64,000 nucleotides of DNA, taken from positions 37,265 through 101,264 of the forward strand of contig JARGFK010000001.1 of NCBI GenBank assembly GCA_029211065.1, given 5' to 3'. A program made the translations under genes and the position numbers. The notes beneath the pieces were generated by a model. That model searched no databases. It had not been told where the DNA came from and worked only from the letters and a program-made list of their open reading frames with translations. This DNA is from Desulfobacterales bacterium (GTDB taxonomy: Bacteria; Desulfobacterota; Desulfobacteria; Desulfobacterales; JARGFK01). Shown one piece after another: positions 53,807 through 62,930 of the stretch (positions are counted from its first letter, which is position 1; each line of letters starts with the position of its first letter).

Positions 53807-55063
53807 ATGTCTGAAGAAAAAAAAGTCATCATCCGGCGGCTTAATGCCGCGAAAGATCTTGGAAAATTCATGGCCGATTACTACTACGAACTGGATGCGG
53901 CCTCGAAATCCGGGAAACAGAAGATCGCCTGGTGCACCAGCGTGGGCCCGGCTGAAATTCTAAGGGGGATGGGATATCTGATTTATTTTCCGGAAACGCA
54001 TTCCGCCATGCTCGGCAGCACCCGCATGGCCACGGACCTGATCCCCAAGGCCAATGCCATGGGGTATTCCCCGGAGATCTGTTCCTATCTTACTGCCGAC
54101 ATCGGAGCGTTTCTCGAAAACGTCACGCCGCTGGCAAATATTTTCAAGGGGATTGAAAGCATCCCTCGACCCGATGTGCTGGTATACAACACCAACCAGT
54201 GCCGCGACGTTCAGGACTGGTTCAACTGGTATGCCAAGCGATTTAACGTGCCGGTTGTGGGCATCGAAACCTACCGAAACGTTCCCGAGGTTACCCCGGT
54301 GCACATCACATCCATTTCACGGCAGATGGAGAATATCGTCCAGCCGCTGGAAGACGTCGCCGGCCGCAAGCTGGATATGGATGAATTTAAAAACGCGGTG
54401 GCCCTGTCGCGCGAATGCTCAAATCTGTGGGATAAGTGCCTGGCGGCCGCGGCCGCCCGCCCGTCCCCGCTGACGTTTTTCGACGGTACGACCCTGATGG
54501 GGCCCGCCGTGGTCGGCCGGGGAACCCAAAAGGCCATCGATGTCTACCAGCTGCTCCTCGAAGAACTTAATGAGCGAGTTGCGGCCGGCGAGGGCGCCAT
54601 CGAAGATGAACGCTATCGGCTTTATTGGGACGGTATGCCCGTATGGGGCCGCTTGAGTATGCATTCCAAGCTGTTCGCCGGCCTGCAGGCCAATGTGATC
54701 GCGTCGACCTACTGCAGCAGTTGGATATTTAGTGCGCTCGATGCGGGCAATCCCTTCGAGAGCATGGCCCGTGCTTACACGGAACTTTTTATCGTGCGTT
54801 CCGACGCTTACAAGGAGAAATATATCCAGGACAAGCTGGCATTCTTTCAATGCGACGGCATCATCTACCACGATGCCAAAACCTGCCCCAACAACACCAA
54901 TTGCCGTTACGGCATGGCGCAACGCCTGGAGAAAACAACCGGCATTCCCAGCCTGACCATACACGGGGACCTGAACGACCTGAGGCTTCTCTCCGATGAA
55001 CAGACCAAAACCAATGTCGAAGCCTTTATCGAACAACTGGAAGAAAATGGAAAGGCGGCCTAA
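53807..55063 (+). CDS. 2-hydroxyacyl-CoA dehydratase family subunit (HgdA/HgdB/BcrC-like, HGD-D domain)
   Basis: KIAWCTSVGPAEIL..., PEICSYLTADIG, DGIIYHDAKTCPNNTNCRYG, HGDLNDLR; directly downstream of the activase. Confidence 0.8.
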   Translation: MSEEKKVIIRRLNAAKDLGKFMADYYYELDAASKSGKQKIAWCTSVGPAEILRGMGYLIYFPETHSAMLGSTRMATDLIPKANAMGYSPEICSYLTADIGAFLENVTPLANIFKGIESIPRPDVLVYNTNQCRDVQDWFNWYAKRFNVPVVGIETYRNVPEVTPVHITSISRQMENIVQPLEDVAGRKLDMDEFKNAVALSRECSNLWDKCLAAAAARPSPLTFFDGTTLMGPAVVGRGTQKAIDVYQLLLEELNERVAAGEGAIEDERYRLYWDGMPVWGRLSMHSKLFAGLQANVIASTYCSSWIFSALDAGNPFESMARAYTELFIVRSDAYKEKYIQDKLAFFQCDGIIYHDAKTCPNNTNCRYGMAQRLEKTTGIPSLTIHGDLNDLRLLSDEQTKTNVEAFIEQLEENGKAA

Positions 55064-55163
55064 CCCGGATATTTTATGAAATATTCGGGCGAACGATATT
55101 TTTCGTCACAAGGCAGGCTGTATGTTTGCCTGCGAGCATTCAGTCTCATTAAGGAGGAATCAT

Positions 55164-57245
55164 ATGATAGACGCACTGTTCGAACCGAAAGGGGTGGCGG
55201 TGATCGGCGCTTCTGCGAAAGAACTTCATATCGGGAACCGGATCATCAAAAACCTGGTCGATTTCGGATATACCGGGGACATCTATCCGATCAATCCCAA
55301 TGCGGATGAAATCCGGGGCCTGAAGGCCTATAAATCCGTTCTGGATGTTCCGGGGCAGGTCGATGTGGCCCATATGGTCATACCGGCCCGGTTTACCCCC
55401 CAGGCCTTTGAAGACTGCGGCAAAAAAGGGGTCCGGCACATCATCATCAACTCCGGCGGTTTTTCGGAAACCGGACCCGAGGGCGAAGCCATCGAAAAGG
55501 CCTTCATGGACGTGGCGCGTCAATACGGCATGCGGGTCTTGGGCCCCAACTGCCAGGGCATCATCAACTCGGATCCCAAAATTCGGGCCTACTGCAACTT
55601 TACCTTCACGTTTCCGGAGCCCGGTTCCATTTCCATCGTGGCGCTAAGCGGCGGGGTTGCCGAACTGATCCACCAGGGATTTGTCGCCATGGGGGTGGGC
55701 ACACGGATTTACGCCTCCAACGGAAACGCCTGCGACGTGAGCATCCCGGAGATTATCCGCTATCTGGGCGAAGACGAAAAAACCCGGGTCATCGTGACCT
55801 ACGTGGAGGGGCTGAGAAATCCGTCCGAGTTCATAGCGGCGGTCACCCACGTGGCGGCCAGAAAACCGGTCCTGGCCATGAAAGCGGGCCGGACGGCCGC
55901 GGGCGCCAAGGCGGCGGCATCGCATACCGGCGGGCTTGCCAAAGAAGATCTGGCCACCGATCTGATCTTTAAAAAAGCCGGTGTTTTAAACTTCATGGAT
56001 GAAGGTGAATTGATCGCCGCGGCCGCGGCCTTTGCGACCCAGCCGATTCCCAAGGGCAATCGGGTGGGCATTATCACCAATACCGGCGGGCCGGCGGTGA
56101 TTGCCACCGATGTTTTTGTGGGCGCCGGTCTGGAATTGCCGTCACTTTCCGAAAAAACAGAGGCCTTTTTGAAAGAACGCCTGTTTCCGGATGCCTCGAT
56201 CCGCAATCCAGTGGATGTGCTGGCCACTGCTCCGGCCGAGCATTTCCGGTTCTGCCTGGATGCCATGATGGCGGACGACAATTTCGACGCGGTGTTTGTC
56301 AACTTCGTTACGCCCTTTTTCGTGGAAACCGACAGCATCGTCAGAGAGATCGTGACGGTCAGCCAAAAACAGTTGAAACCGATTGTCTGCAACCTGATGA
56401 CCGATCGGCGTCAGTGGACCGAGACCGTCAGGATTCTTCGCGAAGGCGGCGTTCCCTTTTTTGCGTTTCCCAGCGAGGCGGCCCGCGCCATGGCCGCTTT
56501 GGTGCGCTATCAACAGATTCGGCAGCAGGACGCCGGACGGGTCGTGATCTTTGACGATGTGGACAAGCCCCGGGCCGAAGCGATTCTGCAAAAGGCCGCG
56601 GCCGCCGGACGAAAGCGTCTGTCGGCGGCAGAGGTCTTTGAAATTCTGGCTGCCTATAAAATTCCGGTGGTCGACTGGGGCGCGGCCGATAGCGTTGAAG
56701 CAGCGGTTGCAACTGCGCAGCAAATCGGTTTCCCGGTGGCTGTCAAGGCGGATTCGGCCGCGGTCGTTCACAAGAGCGATATGGGCGCCGTGGCCCTCGA
56801 CCTGAAAGACCCGGCTGCGGTCCGGGCTGCCGTTGAAAAGATGAAACAGAAAATCGAGGCCGACGATCTGTCCTTTTTCGTTCAGAAATATGTGCCCGGC
56901 GGCCTGGAGATCGCCCTGGGCGCCAAAGCCGAAGCGGGTCTCGGCCATCTGATCATGTTCGGCCTGGGCGGCATCTTTGTGGAAGTATTAAAAGACGTGG
57001 TGTTCAACCTGATGCCGGTGACCGACGCCGAGGCCGACCGGATGCTGTCCGACATAAAGGGCGCCGCACTGCTTGCCGGGGTCCGGGGCCGCCGGGGTGT
57101 CGATCGGGAGGCCGTCAAAGAGCTCATCTGCCGGCTATCGCAACTGGTCGGCGATTTGCCCGTCATTTCGGAAATGGATATCAATCCGGTGTTGGCTTTT
57201 GAAGACAGGGCCGTCGTCGTGGATGCCAGAATTTCGCTTGATTGA
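55164..57245 (+). CDS. ADP-forming acyl-CoA synthetase (CoA-binding + succinyl-CoA-synthetase-like + ATP-grasp fusion). ATG 55164 with an aaggagg SD.
   Basis: MIDALFEPKGVAVIGAS...IGNRIIKNL..., GPNCQGIINS, ASHTGGLA, C-terminal ATP-grasp FPVAVKADSAAVVHKSDMGAVALDL. Confidence 0.88.
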   Translation: MIDALFEPKGVAVIGASAKELHIGNRIIKNLVDFGYTGDIYPINPNADEIRGLKAYKSVLDVPGQVDVAHMVIPARFTPQAFEDCGKKGVRHIIINSGGFSETGPEGEAIEKAFMDVARQYGMRVLGPNCQGIINSDPKIRAYCNFTFTFPEPGSISIVALSGGVAELIHQGFVAMGVGTRIYASNGNACDVSIPEIIRYLGEDEKTRVIVTYVEGLRNPSEFIAAVTHVAARKPVLAMKAGRTAAGAKAAASHTGGLAKEDLATDLIFKKAGVLNFMDEGELIAAAAAFATQPIPKGNRVGIITNTGGPAVIATDVFVGAGLELPSLSEKTEAFLKERLFPDASIRNPVDVLATAPAEHFRFCLDAMMADDNFDAVFVNFVTPFFVETDSIVREIVTVSQKQLKPIVCNLMTDRRQWTETVRILREGGVPFFAFPSEAARAMAALVRYQQIRQQDAGRVVIFDDVDKPRAEAILQKAAAAGRKRLSAAEVFEILAAYKIPVVDWGAADSVEAAVATAQQIGFPVAVKADSAAVVHKSDMGAVALDLKDPAAVRAAVEKMKQKIEADDLSFFVQKYVPGGLEIALGAKAEAGLGHLIMFGLGGIFVEVLKDVVFNLMPVTDAEADRMLSDIKGAALLAGVRGRRGVDREAVKELICRLSQLVGDLPVISEMDINPVLAFEDRAVVVDARISLD

Positions 57246-57314
57246 CCCATTTTTTTGAATCGATTCTTTCAGGACTGGTTTAACCGACACTGAATTGAGT
57301 GAAAGGAGATCGTC

Positions 57315-58871
57315 ATGGCATTATGGATGAACCTCGGACAGCAGTTGAAAGTCAATGCCAGAAAATTTCCGCAAACCGTTGCGCTGAAAGACAGCCGGCG
57401 GCAATTTACCTATCCGGAGCTCAACAGGCGGGTCAATCGCCTGGCCCACGGTCTTGGCGGGCTCGGTCTTGGAAAAGGGGACAAATTGGCGGTGCTGCTG
57501 GAAAACAGTATCGAGTTCATTGAGGTCTATCTGGCCGCGGCCAAGACCGGCATCGTGATCGTGCCCATTAATTTCAGGCTGCTGGGGCCGGACGTCGAAT
57601 TCATTGTCAACAACTCCGATGCCCGCGCCATGATTGTCCACGATGAATTTACAGCGGTTGTCGGCGCCGTCAGGGACCGGCTGGAAAACGTGCGCCCGGA
57701 AAACTTTATCGCCGTCGGAAATACCTGTGAAGGCTACCGGAATTATGAAGACATCATGCAGGGGGCATCCGAACATGAGCCGGATGTCCGCGTAGCGCCC
57801 AAAGATGCCTGGATTCTGATCTATACCTCGGGCACCACCGGCAAACCCAAGGGGGTGGTCCGTTCCCACGAATCCCACATCGCCTTTTATCTGATCAACG
57901 CCGTCGATTTCGGCTTCAACGCGCACGACATCTGTTTGAACGTCATGCCGTTGTGTCATATCAACTCGACTTTTTTTACCTTCACCTTTACCTATGTCGG
58001 CGCCACCGTATATGTCCATCCGGCGCGATCATTCAGACCCGAAGAAATTCTTGAGATTATCGAACGCGAAAAGATCAGCTTTATTTCGCTGATTCCGACT
58101 CATTACAACACGATTCTCAACGTTTCCGAAGATGCGAAAAAGCGGGATGTCGGTTCCATCCGCAAACTGCTGTGCTCTTCCGCGCCGGTTCGGAAAAACA
58201 TGAAGCTGGCCATCATGGAGTTCTTTCCCGGCGTTCAACTCTACGAAGGCTATGGCTCCACGGAAGCCGGGATTGTCACGGTGCTAAAACCCGAAGACCA
58301 GATGCGCAAGCTGGGCTCCATCGGCTATGAATCTTTGGGAACGGACTTTGTCAAAATCTGCGATGAAAGCGGACGCGAGGTGCCGGTGGGCGAGGTCGGC
58401 GAATTGTACTCCCGGGGGCCCATGCTGTTCGATGAATACTACAAGCTGCCGGATAAAACGGCTGCCGCTTTTCATGGCGAGTGGTTTTCAGCCGGCGATA
58501 TGGCCCGCATGGACGCAGACGGCTTTTATCAGATTGTCGACCGCAAGGACAATATGATCATTACCGGCGGCGAGCATGTTTATCCCAGTGAGGTCGAAGA
58601 CGTGATCGGCAGCATGCCCGAAGTGTTCGACGTGGCAGTCATCAGTTTGCCGGACGACAAATGGGGCGAGCGGGTGACGGCCGTGGTGATTCCAAAGACG
58701 GAAATCGATCAGGCAGCCATTATCGAGGTCTGCCGGGCCAAACTGCCCGGCTTCAAGGTCCCCAAGCAGGTGCTGATCATAGCAGACGACGAAATGCCCC
58801 GAACGGCCACCGGCAAGATTCTCCACCGCATTCTCAGGGAGCGCTATGGGGAAGGGGGAAAAGGGCCCTAG
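57315..58871 (+). CDS. AMP-forming acyl-CoA ligase (ANL superfamily)
   Basis: LIYTSGTTGKPKGV, YGSTEAG, DRKDNMIITGGEHVYPSEVE, PRTATGKILHR. Confidence 0.9.
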   Translation: MALWMNLGQQLKVNARKFPQTVALKDSRRQFTYPELNRRVNRLAHGLGGLGLGKGDKLAVLLENSIEFIEVYLAAAKTGIVIVPINFRLLGPDVEFIVNNSDARAMIVHDEFTAVVGAVRDRLENVRPENFIAVGNTCEGYRNYEDIMQGASEHEPDVRVAPKDAWILIYTSGTTGKPKGVVRSHESHIAFYLINAVDFGFNAHDICLNVMPLCHINSTFFTFTFTYVGATVYVHPARSFRPEEILEIIEREKISFISLIPTHYNTILNVSEDAKKRDVGSIRKLLCSSAPVRKNMKLAIMEFFPGVQLYEGYGSTEAGIVTVLKPEDQMRKLGSIGYESLGTDFVKICDESGREVPVGEVGELYSRGPMLFDEYYKLPDKTAAAFHGEWFSAGDMARMDADGFYQIVDRKDNMIITGGEHVYPSEVEDVIGSMPEVFDVAVISLPDDKWGERVTAVVIPKTEIDQAAIIEVCRAKLPGFKVPKQVLIIADDEMPRTATGKILHRILRERYGEGGKGP

Positions 58872-59031
58872 ATGTTTAATCTGTAGGAAGGACGCCTGCG
58901 GTGCAGATTGAGGCGGGGAGAGCGATGCCTGTTGATTGACCATGTATTTGGAGCACCCGATAGGATAGTCTTACTTGACAGGCTTTGCCTTTTATTTTTG
59001 TTTGTAAAATACAAATTCCCAAAATGATTAT

Positions 59032-59160
59032 CTTGTAAAAAGTCGAAAATGCGCCTCTTTCGTCATTCCCGCGAAGGCGGGAATCCAGGAATTTCAGACG
59101 GTTCTGGATGTCGGATCAAGTCCGGCATGACAATTGGAGTACTTTTTACGAGTTCATCAA
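59032..59160. mobile_element. MITE-like repeat, family 1, copy B
   Basis: cttgtaaaaagtc...gtcattcccgcgaaggcgggaatcc...tgtcggatcaagtccggcatgaca...actttttacgagttcatcaa; same ends as copy A. Confidence 0.75.
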
Positions 59161-59170
59161 ATTTTGGTAA

Positions 59171-59240
59171 TTGGAATTTGCCCTTCGACCCGGCTCAGGG
59201 CGGTGAGCCAGCCGAACCGTTTGATATTTGGGATTTGATA
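59171..59240 (+). repeat. Repeat family 2, copy 2
   Basis: ttggaatttgcccttcgacccggctcagggcggtgagccagccgaaccgtttgatatttggg; matches the reverse complement of 30085-30158. Confidence 0.75.
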
Positions 59241-59346
59241 CTTGGAATTTCAATAAGTAAATGAAATAACAACACAGGATAACCAAATTCTGGCCTCTGG
59301 GTCAGGATTCTTTTTTATTTGATTATTTATCGGAGAGGAGACCATC

Positions 59347-60537
59347 ATGTTGACAAAAGCGTTCATACCGTACCAAGGCTATTACAGTACCCCCTTTTCC
59401 AGATGGCAGGGTACGATGGCCAATGAAAATTCAATCGTGCTGGCGGCGAATACCTCCAGCCGATGGTTTACCCGCAAGAACTGGGACCCCAAGATGTTCG
59501 ATTATCTCTTTCTGGGAATCACGATACACCAGCTCCATGGATTTTACGGCGGTCCCTGGGCTGCGGCGCTCATGGGCGCACCGGGCATTCCCGGGGTGAT
59601 ATTGAGCCAGGCCTGTACCACATCCACCACCAGTATTTTTCAGGCTGCGACGGGCGTTGAGACCGGGCTTTATCAGAATGCCTACTGCCTGATGACCGAT
59701 CGCTGTTCCAACGGCCCCCATGCGGTCTGGCCCAACCCCAATGGGCCGGGGGGCGAAGTCATTTCCGAGAACTGGCTGATGGACAACTTCAGTCAGGACC
59801 CCTGGGCCAAAAACGCCATGATTCAAACCGCTGAAAACGTTGCAAAGGAGACCGGCATCAAACGGGAGGAATGCGACGCCGTCACCCTCCGGCGCTACGA
59901 ACAGTACATGGATGCCTTTGCCGACGACAAGGCCTTCAAAAAGCGCTACCTGTTTCCGGCCGAAGTCAGGATTTCCAAAAAAGAAGTCAAGCTGGTGGAG
60001 GATGACGAAGGCATTATGCCCACTACCGCCGAAGGCCTGGCCGGGCTCAGGCCCGTCGTACCGGACGGCGTCCATACGTTCGGCTCCCAGACCCATCCGG
60101 CCGACGGCAACTGCGGCCTGGCTATAACCACCCGTGAAAAGGCCAAAGAACTGAGCGCCGACCCCAAGATAGAGGTCCAGGTAATATCTTTCGGATACGC
60201 CCGCACCAAAAAAGGGTTTATGGCCATGGCAGTGGTGCCGGCAGCGCAGATGGCGCTGGACAAAGCCGGCATCACCGTAAAGGACGTCAAGACCATCAAA
60301 ACCCACAACCCCTTTGCGGCCAATGACATTTACATGGCACGGCAGATGAACATCGATGTCAACAGCTTCAACAACTACGGCAGCTCGCTGATATTCGGGC
60401 ATCCCCAGGCGCCCACAGCCGGACGCCTTCTCATTGAAGGGATTGAAGAAACGGCCATGGCCGGCGGCGGCTATCTGCTACTGGGCGGGTGTGCGGCCGG
60501 CGATACGGCCGCCGGGCTGGTGTTGAAAGTCGGATAG
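59347..60537 (+). CDS. Divergent thiolase-family protein (acetyl-CoA C-acyltransferase-like)
   Basis: SQACTTS (nucleophile Cys context), NPFAANDI, GSSLIFGHPQAPTAGR, GGCAAGDTAAG. Confidence 0.8.
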   Translation: MLTKAFIPYQGYYSTPFSRWQGTMANENSIVLAANTSSRWFTRKNWDPKMFDYLFLGITIHQLHGFYGGPWAAALMGAPGIPGVILSQACTTSTTSIFQAATGVETGLYQNAYCLMTDRCSNGPHAVWPNPNGPGGEVISENWLMDNFSQDPWAKNAMIQTAENVAKETGIKREECDAVTLRRYEQYMDAFADDKAFKKRYLFPAEVRISKKEVKLVEDDEGIMPTTAEGLAGLRPVVPDGVHTFGSQTHPADGNCGLAITTREKAKELSADPKIEVQVISFGYARTKKGFMAMAVVPAAQMALDKAGITVKDVKTIKTHNPFAANDIYMARQMNIDVNSFNNYGSSLIFGHPQAPTAGRLLIEGIEETAMAGGGYLLLGGCAAGDTAAGLVLKVG

Positions 60538-60566
60538 TAATACGAACAAAATCTCACCAGCAAAAA

Positions 60567-60612
60567 GCTCGCTGATTGCATGGTTTAATGCAGCAATCAG
60601 CGAGCCTTTTTG
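60567..60612 (+). terminator. Rho-independent terminator after the thiolase gene
   Basis: 13-bp perfect stem gctcgctgattgc / gcaatcagcgagc, 13-nt loop, then cttttt. Confidence 0.85.
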
Positions 60613-61605
60613 TTCCTTGGAATAATAGAAGTTTTGATTATGGAATTAGATATCTTAAAAAATTTATTTTATGAGAGTGGTTGATGGAGGCAAGGAAGTG
60701 CCTGTTTAAGGAGCGTCAAAATGTGAAGATAACTTGAACCCATCAAACAATTAAACAGTGCAGAATGGATCAGACGTTCTTTATTGATTTTTATAGAATT
60801 CTGTCGAGCACTGATAGCCGCTATATGCGTTTTGAGGTTCTCACCGTAAGCCGGGCACTAATGGTCGGAGTCCTCGCTCACCTGCTTGACGATTAGGACT
60901 TAAGGATCGTAGCCACAGACCTAACTTTCGGAAAGATTAAACATACATCTGATAGTGTGAAATTTTCAGGACCTCCGGACGTCATTATTTTCAGTGATTT
61001 TCTTCCAATCTGGGTGCCGCTGCTTCTGATCATCATGTGTAACACCCGCCATACTCAACCATACTCGCTGTATGCAAAAACTTTCAATAACGAAAAAAAC
61101 TCAACCAAGCTGGATTCATACTAAAATAGTGACATTTTCAACCATACTGATGGTATTTGCTACAGATTAATTTCCAGCTCAGGATGAATGGGAGGCCAAT
61201 TTGAAATGTAAATTTAAGATACCACGAAATGAATTGAACGCGCAATAATTATATGTGTTTCAGAGTCATGTACGATAGAGAACTGCCAGAGATAATCTCC
61301 AATATTCAAGACAATTCAAAAATGGGTAGAGGGACGGTCTTGTTTTAATGCATTAAGGTTCCAAGAAGGTTAGTAAGGGAATGGCGGATTTTCTATGAGT
61401 TGGCCACTACATACCGGTTGATTCAACTATTTCCACCTGAGATATCTTCTGGAGATCGCAGCCGCATCAAAACTACAGATATGAGAGTAGTATCTCAAGG
61501 CCAAGAAAAATTGTTATAAGAGAATAGTAGCCGAAATGGAGTATTGTTTTTATATTTTCAAACGACTTTGGTTGTTTTAAATTAAATCGTATGAATGTCA
61601 ACGGA

Positions 61606-61893
61606 CTATCCCCCACCGACTAAAATCATAAAAATCACCTTTTCCCCGTCTTTGAGGACCCGCTTTGAATATTGGTCGCGGTTTAGAATGCCTTCCTCAT
61701 TCAGCATCACCTGAATGGTTAAATCCAGTTTGCCGTCATTATCCAGGAGGGCCTTTTGCATCTCCCGGCCGTGGCGCTTTGTAAGAAAAGCGACCAGATC
61801 CGCGACGGTTCCGGCGGGAAGATCGATTTCGGTTTTTTTCCCGATGAGTTTTGCCAACGCCGGCAAACCCAGCGATTCGATTTTGATTTTCAC
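61606..61893 (-). CDS. MoaD/ThiS-family ubiquitin-like beta-grasp protein
   Basis: 95 aa ending ...VIFMILVGGG (C-terminal Gly-Gly). Confidence 0.7.
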   Translation of the reverse strand: MKIKIESLGLPALAKLIGKKTEIDLPAGTVADLVAFLTKRHGREMQKALLDNDGKLDLTIQVMLNEEGILNRDQYSKRVLKDGEKVIFMILVGGG

Positions 61894-61909
61894 AGATTTT
61901 ACTCCATTG

Positions 61910-62680
61910 CTAGATGATCTGTTGTTCCTCGAATTTGCGGCTGATGCTTTCCGCCGCTTCCCTGGTGGCCGTTACCAACGCCTTCATTTTATCATCGTCA
62001 AGGGTCATTTTAAATCCCACCACCCAGATCGCGGCGCTAAAATGCCGATTTAAACGGATCGGTGCGGCCACGGCCCGGACTCCGGGGATATATTCCTCAT
62101 AATCAGCGGCATAACCCATCTTTCGAACCTGTTCAATATCGGAAAGATACTGCTGCGGATCGGTGGCGGTATTATCCGTATATCGGGGGATTCCTTTGGA
62201 TTGAATGATTTGGGACGCCCGGGACGCATTCATTTCGGCCAGGAAAACTTTTCCGGCAGCGCCTGCCATCAGCGGAAGGGCTGTTCCCACCGGGGAAGTG
62301 ATTTTAAGGTCGTTGCGGGATTCGACGATATCCAGGATGGTGATGTGCTCGCCGTTCAGCACCCCCAGGAAGACAGACTCCTGGGTTATTTCCATCAGGT
62401 TTTCCATCACCGGCCGGGCCAGGTCTTTTAAATCGAACTGGGAATAGGCTGCTTTGCCCAGCTCCAGAAGCGTCAGCCCCGAGCGATACCGTTTGGTGGC
62501 GGGGTCGCGCATGATGGCGCCAAGTTCTTCCAGGGCGGCGGTGATGCCGTGGACCGTACTTTTACCGATCCCCAGCTCTTTGGACAGGTCACTGATTTTA
62601 AGCCCCTGGGCGGATTTGGTGACCAGTCTCAAAATCTCAAACGCTTTTGTTACGGACGGTGCAAGATATTTCGGCGGCAT
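61910..62680 (-). CDS. IclR-family transcriptional regulator
   Basis: N-terminal wHTH KAFEILRLVTKSAQGLKISDLSKELGIGKSTVHGI; C-terminal IclR effector domain of typical ~250 aa size. Confidence 0.88.
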   Translation of the reverse strand: MPPKYLAPSVTKAFEILRLVTKSAQGLKISDLSKELGIGKSTVHGITAALEELGAIMRDPATKRYRSGLTLLELGKAAYSQFDLKDLARPVMENLMEITQESVFLGVLNGEHITILDIVESRNDLKITSPVGTALPLMAGAAGKVFLAEMNASRASQIIQSKGIPRYTDNTATDPQQYLSDIEQVRKMGYAADYEEYIPGVRAVAAPIRLNRHFSAAIWVVGFKMTLDDDKMKALVTATREAAESISRKFEEQQII

Positions 62681-62804
62681 TGTTCACCATAGTGAATATT
62701 TTGATTAGTATTACAATTATTTTATTTTTTTGTCAATATTATTTTTTTGAATGGTTATGCTTGTTTTTATATAATTCAAAAGGATTGATACGATCAGTTT
62801 TCTC

Positions 62805-62861
62805 TTGACAGGTCAGCAGAAACTGATATTATTCAAAAAAATATTGTTCATGATAATGAAC
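62805..62861 (+). promoter_or_regulatory. Sigma70-type promoter plus palindromic operator upstream of the HdrA-like gene
   Basis: TTGACA (62805-10), 16 nt, TATTAT (62827-32), 13 nt, GTTCATgataATGAAC (62846-61, perfect palindrome). Confidence 0.65.
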
Positions 62862-62930
62862 TATGAAACAGCAGAGTGAACTGAAAGTCATTTCAGAAAG
62901 AACGGCAAATGCTGTCGGGCGTTATACCCA

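Noticed and set aside
47998-59160. CRISPR array or composite transposon formed by the two family-1 repeats
   Set aside because: There are only two copies, 11 kb apart. There is no regular repeat-spacer periodicity, no cas genes and no transposase between them. I kept it only as a MITE observation.
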